A DNA stretch of 61,236 nt, filler included, from Platydemus manokwari (Eukaryota): NCBI GenBank assembly GCA_037951405.1. It is 5 parts of 5 records of this genome, joined end to end, with 100 filler letters (N's around TTAATTAATTAA, not from the genome) between each part and the next. Parts side by side here need not be neighbours in the genome. Positions count along the whole stretch, not along the records: positions 33,010 to 43,142 come from JBBMOY011165435.1; positions 43,243 to 61,236 come from JBBMOY010622214.1; 3 more parts are not named here. The stretch is one strand, 5' to 3'. Below are positions 38,746 to 51,480 of this stretch, piece after piece; positions within the stretch are counted from its first letter, which is position 1, and the number at the start of each line of letters is the position of its first letter. The notes below the pieces were generated by a model. That model was not told the origin of the DNA. It did no database searches and saw nothing but the letters and a program-made list of their open reading frames with translations. A program made the position numbers and the translations under genes.

Positions 38746-40633
38746 TTTCAATAAAATAATAACTGACAATAAATTGTTAGTGTTACAGTATTGTGCAAGA
38801 AAATATTGATTATATTATATTTTATAACGTAGTTAATCGTGAACAATTTTATATGAAAGATTTCTGATTATTATACAACTTTAATAGAATAAAAGAAAAG
38901 TGATCAGGACATAAATAATACGACTTGGATCGGAATCACCATCATAATTTTCATTCTTGTTTAGTCTCCAGGTTATTCAAATCATATTTCTTACTGAAAG
39001 TGTTCGAACAAATTGAAATCGTATTCCTAGATGAAAACGGAGAGATTCAATAATTTTTTTCAATTTTATTCTAAATTAGAGTCTCACTCGAATATTTTGA
39101 GCCAGAATCAGTACATCATTTATAATTTATTTTCTAAATTTCACCGGCATTTCAGTATTTTTAATAGCTCTTGTCACATAATATGTGAAAGAAAGCAGAA
39201 CTCATTATTTATTAACATTTTTGTTCATCAATTATTTTGATCAATAACGTTTGTTTTTTCATTTAATTGTAGCTCTTTTCAGTTACTCAAATCATCGATC
39301 GATATTTGTCAAAATCTAAAATATTAATCAATAACGGTTTTTGATCATAGCGTAATACTAATGAAAGAATATAGAGATGAAATATATTTAGCGAAATACA
39401 TAATTTTAAGATTTAGAATCAGTTTTAAATTAATGACATTGATACAATCCCAGCTTAGGTCTTCATTTTAATCGCTGGGGTATATTTGGAACAAAACAGG
39501 CTAACAATTAAAATAAAATTTCATTCCTTATAAACCTCACCATAGCTTTATTATTTATAGTTGTGATAACAATAATAATATCAAATAATAATAGTGTTGC
39601 GTGATAAAACAACAATTTGAATCTTCAAATCTGATTTAACTAAAATAATACTCTCGAAGTCTCAACAGTAACAATAAAACAAGTCTTTAAGCAATTCACA
39701 AATAAAATCAATCAAGATCGGATCAGTGCCCGAAAGTCAAAAACAAAATGAAGACCAATCAAAAAGACTGATTACTAAAGTCACACATAACCTAAGCACT
39801 GAAGTTAAGGCATTGTTGTCAAAAATAGGGCTCCTTTATAATATTCCTACATACATTACTATATTGATTAATTTAAACAAATTGCTCTAGAATATTCTAT
39901 TGATTTTTATTTTTTGATTTAAGCAAATTATTCATGATTCTCTTTTAGAATATTTCTAAGTATATTTATTGAGAATTTTTTAAATTATTTTGTAAAAATT
40001 TGCTTTTTATCCCCCTTAAGCAAAGATTTTGACCTCAAAATCTAAAAATTAATAAATATTTTAGTTATCTAAAACCTTAACGCTCTATAACATTTTACCT
40101 CGAAATTAGCTTTACTTTCACTAAATGTGGTTATCACCCCAGCCCTAACTGACTCAAATAATGAATAATGTAAATCTTGTAATTATCTGGATTTTAGTGA
40201 TAGTTATGATTGATTACGCAATAGATATAGCAAATATGATATCGTTATTCAGTGCCTCGAATCCATAAGTTCTTGGTCTGAATTCAGATTTAATTGCCGA
40301 TCTATTAATATTCCAATCATTTATTACACCATATTTATGTGTCATGTTTATTGAATTATTCGTTAGTCCATTCTTGACATGTCTTGCCCTCTTTAAAGTG
40401 GCAGAACAAGATAAAAATTATAGTCATACTAAAAATATAAAAAATAAAAGTCATGATACAATACTGTAATACATAAAACAAACAATAAACTGTTTAAAAT
40501 GTAGTACTTGATAATGTCATGATGTCACAACTATCCAAACCAAACGAAAAGAATATGTCACATAGAATTTTCAAAGATAATCAAAATTTCAGAATTTGAA
40601 ATTTTTTTAAAAAAATTATTTTATAAAAATAAT

Positions 40634-41472
40634 TTATTTAAAATTATTTATTGAAAAACAAGTTTTGAAATATGTTTTAATCTCTTCTGATGATTTAGTT
40701 CCTATTCTTGCTGAACACATTTTCCAATTTGGTCCATGTCGATTAATAAAATTAAACATACTGAATATTTCATTTGAAGTCCACTTGTGATTAATTAAAG
40801 AAAGCTTTGCTGAAGACTGTGATAAATCTGGTTGTTTTAAAGGCTTTGTGATTGATTCTGGAAGCAAGCTTAACTTTTTAGTTTGCCTTTTTTGCTTAGC
40901 TGTAATTTTCTTAAGTTTACATTTGTTTTTCATATAAAAATCAAGAATATCTCCAATTGAATATTGAGGAAACTTAAAGAAATTAATTCAATCAATGAAT
41001 CAAAACCATTATTATAAAAAATGGAAATGTAATTGCAGATTATTATTCTTATAAAAATTTTATTCTTATTAATCTAATACCTTATCGCGGATTTTATTGA
41101 AACATCTTTTCTTAGCATCGGTCTTGTAACCTTTTTTATGTTTATTATTCACACTTCTTATTGATTTGAAAACTTGTGCAAATTCATGGCACATGGTCTC
41201 CTCGTCCAAATTTTTCATACTAGAAGTACTTATACAATTTTCAATATCTAGGTAAGCTTTTTCAAGATCATATTTAGTGTGATTCAGAATTTCCAATGCA
41301 GTATCTTCGGCTATCCTATATTTAAACATTCATTATTACTTTTGCAATTAAGTGCAAACCATTTTTTTCTTGCTACCTCAATGAATTTTGAAATATCTGA
41401 TTCAGGAATATCATTTATCGGATTCCACATCAAAATCTCTCGTTCTGTTTCATTCATTTCAGTATTATTCAT
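40634..41472 (-). CDS. Compact CoREST/RCOR-like ELM2-SANT-SANT protein; exons 41472-41360, 41315-41081, 40972-40634
   Basis: Two GT-AG introns join in frame. REILMWNP..DIPESDISKFIEVARKKW.AEDTALEIL...KYDLEKAYLDIEN (ELM2); FNKIRDKFPQYSIGDILDFY (SANT1 end); KWTSNEI.......HGPNW......IGTKSSEEIKTYF (SANT2). Confidence 0.78.
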
Positions 41473-41662
41473 TTTCTTAAAATATTGAATAAATAATGTT
41501 AATTAATTTCGATAAATAAACAAATTTTTAGCAAATTATTAAATTAAATTATTGTTTCATTGAACTATTATTTATAAATTATTTAAAATTTAAATTATTA
41601 TTTGGTTAAATTAAATTTTGTATTTGTTATTTTATGAAGATTGATGTGAAATTACAAATATT
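41473..41662. promoter_or_regulatory. Probable bidirectional promoter between the RCOR-like gene and NALCN
   Basis: Divergent ATGs only 190 bp apart; the interval is almost pure A/T. Confidence 0.55.
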
Positions 41663-42121
41663 ATGCATCGTAGTGAACGGAAAACTAGTCACACCAGAGA
41701 AACTCAACCAACTTTACCTGGCGTAGAATTCGCCAACGATGACGCTGGTGATTTAACATCAGTCAATTGGGTATATAAAACATGGGCAAGGTAATGCATG
41801 CCCTCGATAATCATAGCTTAGAATGAACTCTTTAAACTTAATGTTGTAAATGTTGTAATATACTGTTTTGGTTTACTTTGGTATTTATGCATGCTTACCT
41901 TTGGTCAAAGAACCGGTTTCAGCTAAAAACTTTTCATTTATAGATGGGCATTTAAAATTGCTGCGTTGGTTAGTCTGGTATCTGTCAGCGCAAATACTCC
42001 GGAAACATTTAAGGAATATCCAATTTTGTTTTATGTCACTTATGTTTTGGATATTATTGTTGCTTTGTTGTACACAGCCGAAATGTTCACCAAGATGAAA
42101 ATTAAAGGCATAATACGGCCG
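41663..42121 (+). CDS. NALCN: Sodium leak channel NALCN, first two coding exons (41663-41790, 41944-42121); remainder lies beyond the segment
   Basis: Spliced product ...VNWVYKTWARWAFKIAALVSLVSVSANTPETFKEYPILFYVTYVLDIIVALLYTAEMFTKMKIKGII matches the NALCN N-terminus/IS1-IS2 (W.NKPWV...SVC.NTP.TF..YP.L.YVTF.LD....LYTAEM.AKM.I.GI). Canonical splice sites, phases consistent. Confidence 0.93.
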
Positions 42122-43142
42122 GTACGTAGTATTGGATGTGTAATATATTTTTTATATTTTCTGTTGAATTGCATTTCAAATTTTAATATTGTGCAACAGA
42201 TGACGTAATAATATGATGTGATTAATATCTCAATTTGTCACGAAAATGTGACTGACTACTATAATAAGCTAAAACCACACAATTGTTTTGCTATTTGGGG
42301 AGGTCAAAAGCTTGATATTCTTATCGTAATCTTCAGTAGCTTTAATTGAATCTGATTAATGATTCTGAGATTTACAGTTTATTTGTTAATTATGTCAATT
42401 TTGGCTAAAATTCTCTGGTTTTCAGAAAGGATTTAATTAATTTTTCTGGTTGTATCAATTATGCAATGTTAATTTGTTAATGTCATTCGATTTTCCTATT
42501 ATTTTATGAACGATTGTGTAATATCATAATGAGTGTATGTGGAATAATTTTGTGTGAAATGATCCGAGATGTTGAATCGTAAACTTCGGTCGTATATTGG
42601 AAATCTTTAATTGAAGGTTAATTCTTTCAGATCTAAAATTTTTAAGTGAACTTTTATTTTAACGCATCTTAGTGAATGATTTTCAATTTTCAACATTTTC
42701 TATTTATAATTTCCACTCTGAAATCGATTAATCGAATTATCATGCTTCAGTCATTTTAGAAAATCTCACGAGGCAAATATATTTCGATAAGCGAAAAATG
42801 ATTTAAAGAAGTCATTAAATGAATTTGTGAAAATGAAATCATTTGCTTATCTTTATATACAATGCTTGAAATAAAAATAATCAATATAGGAAGTGAAGTA
42901 AATGATTAATCAAAAATATTGAGAAATTTAAATCAACTTAATGATCATCTCACGTCTAATGTCGTGGTTAAAGTTTATGCTGTCCAGAATTATTTTGCAA
43001 TTTAATATCGAACATTTCTTTCGAAAAAAAATCAAGCAAATTTTATATGAGTCCTTGATTATGAAAGTGGTATAAGTCATTTCAACCTTTCAAAACCAAA
43101 TTTCCATTTAAAAATGATAATAAATTTCACAATCATATTAAA

Positions 43143-43242
43143 NNNNNNNNNNNNNNNNNNNNNNNNNNNNNNNNNNNNNNNNNNNNTTAATTAATTAANN
43201 NNNNNNNNNNNNNNNNNNNNNNNNNNNNNNNNNNNNNNNNNN
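43143..43242. other. Artificial contig linker N44-TTAATTAATTAA-N44
   Basis: Identical 100-nt spacer. Confidence 0.97.
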
Positions 43243-43949
43243 GTAGTTATAACTTTGGGGTTATGGATTCAGTTTATATATTATTTTATTATGATTTAAG
43301 TGATCACTGATCAAAGAGAGTTATTTAATTTAAGTTTATTAGGATTTTGAGTTTATGATAAATTTTACTAGATAGTTTTGGTTCACTGAAGAGAGTTACA
43401 ATTAAATGAAAAGACAACATCTGACGAATACATTCACTGACCAAAAATCGGATAAACAAAAATGCCAGGTTCACTTCATTTTACTTGTTTCCGGAAATTT
43501 TGATATCAGTCAGACACCGTGGCTAATGGATTTGTTGACATGTTTTGAATTTTTTATGGAAAGTTTTGCCTATGAATTTCAATTAAACATTAGACTTTTA
43601 AAAATTTGAGAATCATTTGTTAGCTTTACTTTTGAGATTATTTTTGAATCTTTGTTTAAGAAATGTAACTGCATTTTAACACAATTAGTGAATCTTCATA
43701 TTTTTCTATATGCGTCTCCCATCACTATCATAATAACAGGTAAAGTCAATGTTCATTAGCATTTCAGAAATTTACCGCGAATAAATAATAAATAAATATT
43801 TCGAATAATTAATAAAAAAGTACATAAATTTATATTGATAATAGAAATTTTGAAATATATTTAGAGGTAAGAAAATATTATAAGAAATTTTTATAAAAGC
43901 AAATTAATTGTGATAAATAATATATACTCGTTATTAAGACATACCCAAG

Positions 43950-45800
43950 CGATGAAATCTTATAAAATGGTATAACAGGAGGGACAGAAAAATCAAAAAT
44001 AATATTTTTAATTAATAAAGCTCTGTACGATAGTGTAACTGTATGAATGTGGTTAATACATAGTAATTATCAGTATAGTAAGCTGGTTGATTATAACTAT
44101 TTTTAAAAATACCTTATATCTGATCAGAGTAAAATTTTGGCGCTAGGTAATTTGCAAAAACAAGAGCAATTTGGAAGTTTTTATTAGTCAGAAAGATGAC
44201 GGCCCTATAACTTATGATAATTCAAGACATCCATGACTAATCTAACTTATGATTTAGTAACTTATGATTTAGACTGTTAAGAAGCTGGATAAAATCAGAA
44301 GCAAAGGAAGAGAAGTTAACGCGGTAGGAGCAGGAAAAAGATCACAAAAGCCAAGACACCGGGAAAGAAAGATGGAAAATAGGACTTGTTATAATTGCCA
44401 AAAACCAGGATATATCGCACATGTTTGCAATAGCCAGAAAGCCATAACGTGGTACGTCTGCAAAATAATAGGGCAGACAGCTAGAAATTGTCCAAATAAA
44501 ATGTTAGCAATGACGAGTATATCACGAGAGATAATGTTATACCAATCTGGAGAGAATTGGAAAACAAAGATCCAGCTATCAGCAAGGTACATTATTAAAT
44601 CAGAAAAGGTTTGAGTACAGGCAGAATACCATGAGAAGAGGTCCGATAAATAAAAACAGACAGAATTACAATGCACAAATTTGCAGAATGATGGACCGAA
44701 ATAATAGAACAATAAATAATCGAACAATGAATCAGATTCAAAATACAACAAAGAACGCCCAAAAGAGAACGTACCGATTCTAGGAGAGTGAGTTGGGGTA
44801 ATACACTAAACAGTAAATCTAAGTTTGATCAAGATACTGAGAGTATAAGTAGCTATATTAGTATTTATAATATAAGCACCGTCCAAAACATAAAGATCAG
44901 AAAATTGAAAAATAAATTGTAGTCGGTAACAACAATGATATAGAATCAGGAAAGAGAGTGCAATGGAAAATTGTAAAATTTATAAAGAAAGGAATGATTG
45001 ATAATGCGGAAGAGAAACCGGGATACGAAAAAGAAGTAAGAATATAACCATGAAGGAGTTGAAGCATTACAGATTTCTTATGATAAAATGCAAGGGAGAC
45101 TGAGTACAACTATATAAATTAAGAATAAAGATTTTGAATGTTTATTAATCACGGGACCAAGAGTAAATGTCATAAATAATACTATATTAGAAACACTCGA
45201 GCAAGTAGAAATCGAATATACAAGTGAAAGTTTACGAAATACCGACAACAGTAGATTAGAGTTAGTTGATAAAAAAAGAATGAAAGTCAAGGTAATTCGT
45301 CAGCTCATATGATATAATTCATAATACTTGAGCGCATGAAACCGAAGATTATAGGCAGAATTGAGTTTCAAAAAGAATTTTGATTAGAGCTACAATTGAA
45401 AAAGAACTCTCAGCAGAAAGAAACAGAACTAAACAGCTAGATTAGATAGGAATATAACCCATGAAGATAGATTCAAGAAAACCAAAGAATGTCTTGCATG
45501 GGAAATAATAAAAACGAAAAGTAATGTATTCATGGCAGATCATAGGGCTATTGGATGTACAAATTTTATAAAACATAAACTGTAACGAACAGGAGTTCTA
45601 TAAACATCAAACCATTGAGATAAACGATTTATTTAGATGGTAAGATAGAAAAGTAATCAATAATCTATTGGTAAACAACATTTAAAAGGTACAACTCACT
45701 GTGGAATACTATATTTGTATGGGCATGGGAAAAATGATAGAAAGAATAATTATATAGCACCTTGATTTTCGAGAACTAAACTTAATAACTTTTGATTTAT
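43950..45800 (+). mobile_element. Decayed Ty3/gypsy LTR retrotransposon internal region (gag zinc knuckles, protease, RT start)
   Basis: Two degenerate CCHC knuckles (CYNCQKPGYIAHVC; WYVCKIIGQTARNCP) at 44372-44500. CLLITGPRVNVI (LLDTGA-like protease) ~45140. SLWNT..VW and LDFRELNLIT (RT) ~45695-45790. Numerous stops and frameshifts. Confidence 0.82.
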
Positions 45801-46567
45801 TGAATGAAGAAACAAGTAGAATGAATAAGTCTGCAAACCCATAAATATACCTAAATTGTGGATTATTAATTAACGCATTGTCCTATGCCCCTAATCTCGT
45901 CCTCAAACGAACACTAGAAGCGATCATGGACAAGCAAACATTAAAGTTTAAAATTATCTGAGGTTCATTAGAACTTCGGAGATTGATTAAGTCACAAATA
46001 GTGCTAAAAAGTGCGAAGAATAGAAATAATGATGTTGGTAATCGGGACCAAATATTATCTAATAATTTAGAAATAGTGTGAATAAGTCAATGAATTCGTA
46101 TTTAACAATTTGTACTAGTTTAGGCATATACTTATTATTTTCAAATTTATAAATGTATATTATTTTAAATGATGTTTTATTGCAAGAAATATGAAAAAGA
46201 AATTTTTGTGCAATATTATTGAATAAATGTAAAACAAAAATTAGTTTATGTAAAAATATTTTATCTCATTTAAAAAATGTGATAATTATTTACGAATACT
46301 GTAACTAACGATTTCATATATTTTTTGGTAATTAAGGGTTTTTTAATTTTTATAATAATTTAGAAATTTAAACTTCAATTGATAAATAATCATTAAATTT
46401 TTAATTTTTCACAAACACTACTTTTTAACAATTATTTTAATTGATTTTTATTCATTCTCCATTAAAATATATGTAATAATACCTTAGTAAATAAATTAAT
46501 TTTACAAATTTGAGAATTTTAAATTGTTTAAATATTCATTTAACTTGTTTTTAAATTTTCACAAATC

Positions 46568-49500
46568 ATGGATAAAAGAGTACAATATAATTATATTAAT
46601 TATTACCTTAAATTAGTATTTTTATTTATATAGAAGATTCAAGATTTCACTGCTGATTATATCACGTCATTTAATGATTTACTATCTTCTGGTTTAAGAA
46701 ATGTTATTAAGGTTTTTTTTGAACTTTGAGTGATTTCAAATTTATCCAGTCTAATTTTAGCATTTGAGACCGAGCGAATTTGAATTAGGAACAGGAGAAA
46801 TTGTTAGGGTTTATATTGAGGTATGCAATTTTTATAGTATCTCTGTACTTAGTTTCCTTAGAATATCATAATCAACAAACCAAAATGCCCAAATGATTCA
46901 CACAGAGATTTATATCCTTGGGAAGTACGTAAATGAAATTTTCTTATTGCATTACAATAATATCTATCAGTGTCGTAGAATGAAAATATCATATGAGGGT
47001 AAAGTGATGTTGACTGTCGGAGTTACAATAAACGGTGGAAATAAAATGACAATCACCCAGTCGATTGGATGTATTCCAATTATGGTTAGGTCGGATCTGT
47101 GTCATTTGGCTAATTCTAATGAAAAAGATTTAATAAAACACAACGAAGAAGACGATGAGTTGGGAGGATATTTTATAGTTAAAGGAAACCAATGCATGCT
47201 CCGATATTTGGTGCAAACACGACAAAATTTCCCAGTCGTATCTTTTAAATCCTTTCAATCAGTCGGATCCGATCGTACCGGACATCAAATCTACATGAGA
47301 TGCGTCAGAGATGACGAAACGAGTTCGGAAATCAAATTGTTCTGGCGTGCCAATACATGCCCGGATCTACAATTACAACTGGGAAAGAAGTTTTTCCAGA
47401 TTCCTCTGCCAATAATATTAAAAGCTCTGCAAAACAAATCGGCTTTCGAAATATTTGAAGACGTCCCGAAAACGGCCGACAATATTTCATTGATTGAAAG
47501 TCTGACAATGATGTTCTCGAAATTCGTCACATCCGATTATCAATTCTACACCAATATCTCGTGTTTGGAAATTTTGGGCAGCAAATTTCGTGAATTCTTG
47601 AAAATTCCCCGCTGGGTTTCGAATTTAGAGGCCGGCAAACGATTTATCGACGATTATATTGCCATCCATTTACCGAATTACAAGGACAAATATGATCTAC
47701 TGATTATGATGTTGTTGAAATTGCACAGTTTCGTCAACAATGGTTGCTGTGAAGAATCAAACGACACGCTTAATTTCCAGGAAATTCTCACACCGGGAAC
47801 ACTTTACAAGCTGGTATTACGAATGTCATTGGTCAATTTTCTCGGAACTCTCGATCGATATGTGCAAACTGTGATGAATAAGAAGGCTAATAAGAGCATT
47901 GAAGGTAAGCTTGATGCTGATTGGTTAATAATTTTTGTTTCCATGGTAACCGTTTAAATTTAGCAAATTACCCGTTTATTGGTTTTAATTAAATCGCTTA
48001 TCATTTCAGAACTTATCCGATCGACATTCAAAGATTCGAGAAAGATTTTAAACCCCGTCCAATATTTACTCTCCACCGGTAGTCTAAGCAATAACATTAT
48101 CCCTGGCATCAAACAGAATACGGGCTTGCGTGTATTGACGGACAACATCAACTTTTATCGTTTTACAGCCAATTTTCGAGCATTTCACAGAGGTGCTTTC
48201 TTCACAACCATGAAATCGTCCGCTATTCGTCGTTTGTTGCCAGAAAGTTGGGGATTTGTCTGTCCGGTCCACTCCCCCGATGGTACACCATGTGGATTAT
48301 TGAACCATTTCTCCATCAACACCAAGGTCCAAACCAGCCACTCCTTGCCACAAGAAACACGCAATCTGGAAACGTTGTTGAAAACGTACATCATCAGCGT
48401 TGAAGCATTCAAAAACGTGACGGATATCGATGGATATATTTGCGTCATGCTTAACGGACGTCTATTGGGATACGTTTCGGATCGATTATCATCCCATCTC
48501 GCTATATTGCTCCGAAAACAGAAAGTATTTCCCACTGATGGCTTGCCAAAGATTCCCAGCGTCACAGAAATCATTCTGAAAAACATCTCCAAAACCGCTG
48601 CCCAGTACCCGGGATTGTATTTGTTCACCACACCGGGCCGCTTGTTGCGACCCGTTTATAACATCATGTTCGGCAAGCCCATTATTGAATATATTGGCAC
48701 ATTTGAGCAGACATATCTCGATATCAGCTGTCGGGGCGGTACATTGAGTGACGGTGGTGATTTTGATTGCTCAGTCACTCATGTGGAACTCAGCACCGAA
48801 TCGCTATACAGTTTCACGGCTGGATTCACACCATTCCAGGATTACAACCCGTCACCAAGAAATCTCTATCAATGTCAGATGAGTAAACAGAGCATGGGAT
48901 TCACATATTATTCCACCCGATATCGATCCGATAACAAATTATATTGTTTCCTCACACCTCAAATCCCATTGGTTCGATCCCGGACCTATGATGAATTCCA
49001 AATGTCCAAGCGCCCATTGGGCTATAATCCCATTGTTGGCGTTATCAGTAATACCGGTTATGATATGGAGGATGCCATGGTGATCAATGTCAACAGTTTA
49101 CAACGGGGAATGGGCCGGTGCTGCATTTACAAGCATTACGTCATCGATTTGACACCAGATCGCGGAAAAGTCGACGAATCGTTCCTGGGATGTGGCAATG
49201 AAATCATTGATGGATTGGACAGTGATGGATTGCCATATATCGGGCGGCGCTTGTATCCCGGAACGAAATGTCCCATTTATGCTTACTGTTGCTCAGCAAC
49301 CCAGAAGGTCAAGGTTGTCAATTACAAGGAGAGCGAAGTGGGCTATGTGGTCAATGTGTCACTGAACGGTTCATTGTGCAGTGCAACGATCTGTATCAAA
49401 CTGGAACGCAACACCGATATCGGTGACAAATTCTCATCGCGTCATGGACAGAAGGGAGTCAACAGTTTGAAATTGCCCATGGTCGATTTGCCATTCACTG

Positions 49501-50255
49501 AAGATGGCATCACACCGGACCAGTTGTTCAACCCGCACAGTTTCCCCAGTCGTATGACAATGGGTATGCAGATCGAATTTGTGGCCGGCAAATTGGCAGC
49601 ACTGACAGCTCAAACCATTGATTGCACCGCATTTCAAACCGGTGACATCATGGCCAATTATATCGTTCAAATGATGGGCCAATATTATGATGGGTTTGGC
49701 ATGGAGATGATCAGTGATGGACGTCGAGGCAGATTAATCGATTCGGAAATCTCTGTCGGTATGGTTTATTATCAACGGTTGCGTCATTTGGTTGCCGACA
49801 AATACCAGGTGCGTACCATTGGAAGAATCGATAACATCACTAGGCAACCGGTCAAGGGTAGGAAGATAGGTGGTGGTATCCGTTTGGGTGAAATGGAGCG
49901 TGACGGTTTGTTATCTCATGGAGCAGTGTTTTGTTTGCAGGACAGAATTATTGGGTGCAATTCAGATAAATTGGTGCTCTGTTACTGTCGGGGCTGCAAC
50001 AGTTTCATGCATTCGTATTTCAGACCGGTTCGTGAGAGCGTGTCGTGGTTGTCACATGGCGACAACGCCAAAAGCGTCAATAGCTGGAGATGTAAATTGT
50101 GCGAAGATAATGGTAGCCAATCAAAATCGTCAGAAATGGTCAAAGTTCAAATTCCAGCTGTTACGCGTCATTTATTCCATGAATTGGCAACAATGAATAT
50201 CAGAGTCAACTTAACTGTTGCCAATGTCGACAGTGAAAGAGTGGAATATTATTAA
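46568..50255 (+). CDS. POLR1B: DNA-directed RNA polymerase I subunit RPA2; exons 46568-46579, 46634-46711, 46761-46820, 46862-46924, 46971-47904, 48010-50255 (1130 aa)
   Basis: All five introns are GT-AG and in phase. Pol I second-subunit motifs: IPIMVRS..C, GGYFIVKG, HRGAFFTTM, LLPESWGFVCPVHSPDGTPCGLLNH, YPGLYLF, GYDMEDAM, GDKFSSRHGQKG, FPSRMT, YYQRLRH, QPVKGRK.GGGIRLGEMERD, C-terminal zinc cysteines. Confidence 0.97.
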
Positions 50256-50257
50256 TA

Positions 50258-50339
50258 AATGATTTTTTGATATTTCTCTTTTGTTACTATATATAGCATC
50301 AATGATTTTTGATATTTCTGTTTTGTTACTATATATAGT
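50258..50339. repeat. ~43-bp tandem duplication immediately after the POLR1B stop
   Basis: AATGATTTTTTGATATTTCT.TTTTGTTACTATATATAG x2; AATAAA follows at ~50357. Confidence 0.85.
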
Positions 50340-50599
50340 ATTATATGTATTGATTCAATAAATGGTGCTTTATTTGGCCATATAATAATAAATAGGTTTA
50401 ATATTGATTATACAATTCTATTTTTTTTATAAATAGTATCCCAACTTATCTAGATGCTATAACTGGTATTTCTACTTCATCATTGTTGCTGTTTATTATC
50501 ATTATTTATTATTATTGGCGTACTTTTTATTGATTGTGGAGGCAAATCCTTAAAAGGAAAAATTAAGCACTGATTTAAGGCTTCGCTTTGAGAGGTGAT

Positions 50600-51480
50600 T
50601 TAGAAATTAATATTTCAGAAATAATTGAAGAAATTATACGGATTCCAAATTTTGGAATTATTTATGGATAAAATTTTTGTTATCGCATTTTCTCAGAACT
50701 AGATGATAAAAAAATAACATGAGCAAATTTTAAGAAGCTAAAACAAACAAAACATTAAAAGAGATGGTTTCGATAGTTTTTTACAGAAGTGCGATATTTT
50801 TATTGAAATTGAAATCAGAATTTTAAATTAGAATTTTTAATCCAACAATAAAGATCTGAATTCTGTTTTGACAAGATTCAATGAGGAGGTATTCATCATG
50901 GTTTGACACGAATTTTTTAATGAGTTACAGATGACTAATATATTTACAAAATGATAAAAAAACTATTGATAATCAATAATGTAAGCATCACGTGGATTTC
51001 CTGATCAAGCCATTGACAATTTCGATTGGTATTGCACCGATAAACTGGTTTTCGTTTTACTTTTTACTTGTCAGTGTCTGATAATAACTCCGATTTATGA
51101 ATTCCGATTCGCTACACAAGAATGAATTCAAACAAAGAATATTTACTGTAGTTTATCACTGAGCTTAGCTAACTTTGGAATTCTCAATGACTCAATATAC
51201 CAAGTATCACAACCTTTATAAAAGCGATGATCATAAAATCAATTTTGAGCTCATCAATATTTCAAGTTAAATTTGTGGGTGATAATGAAAATTTTTTATT
51301 AGACTGGAATGCGAATATATAAATAATTAAATGCGTGAAATTGCGGTAATCTTTATCTTCAACATGCACATTTTCTTAATGAGGTGCTCTTTTTATGTTA
51401 TGAAAATCACAATAATCGAATGATTGTGCAGTTTAAGTAGAAAGGGCTTTGTACATCTTAAAACTTATGATATTGATGGG
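50600..51480 (+). mobile_element. Possible decayed hAT transposase C-terminal region
   Basis: Broken frames give DGFDSFL, LEFFNPTI..VLTRFNE and a terminal ST(C)...E.LF..MK-like segment reminiscent of the hAT dimerisation domain. Weak. Confidence 0.3.

Noticed and set aside
47291-50196. Several antisense or alternative-frame ORFs within POLR1B (up to 148 aa)
   Set aside because: Expected shadows of a GC-richer coding exon; no motifs.
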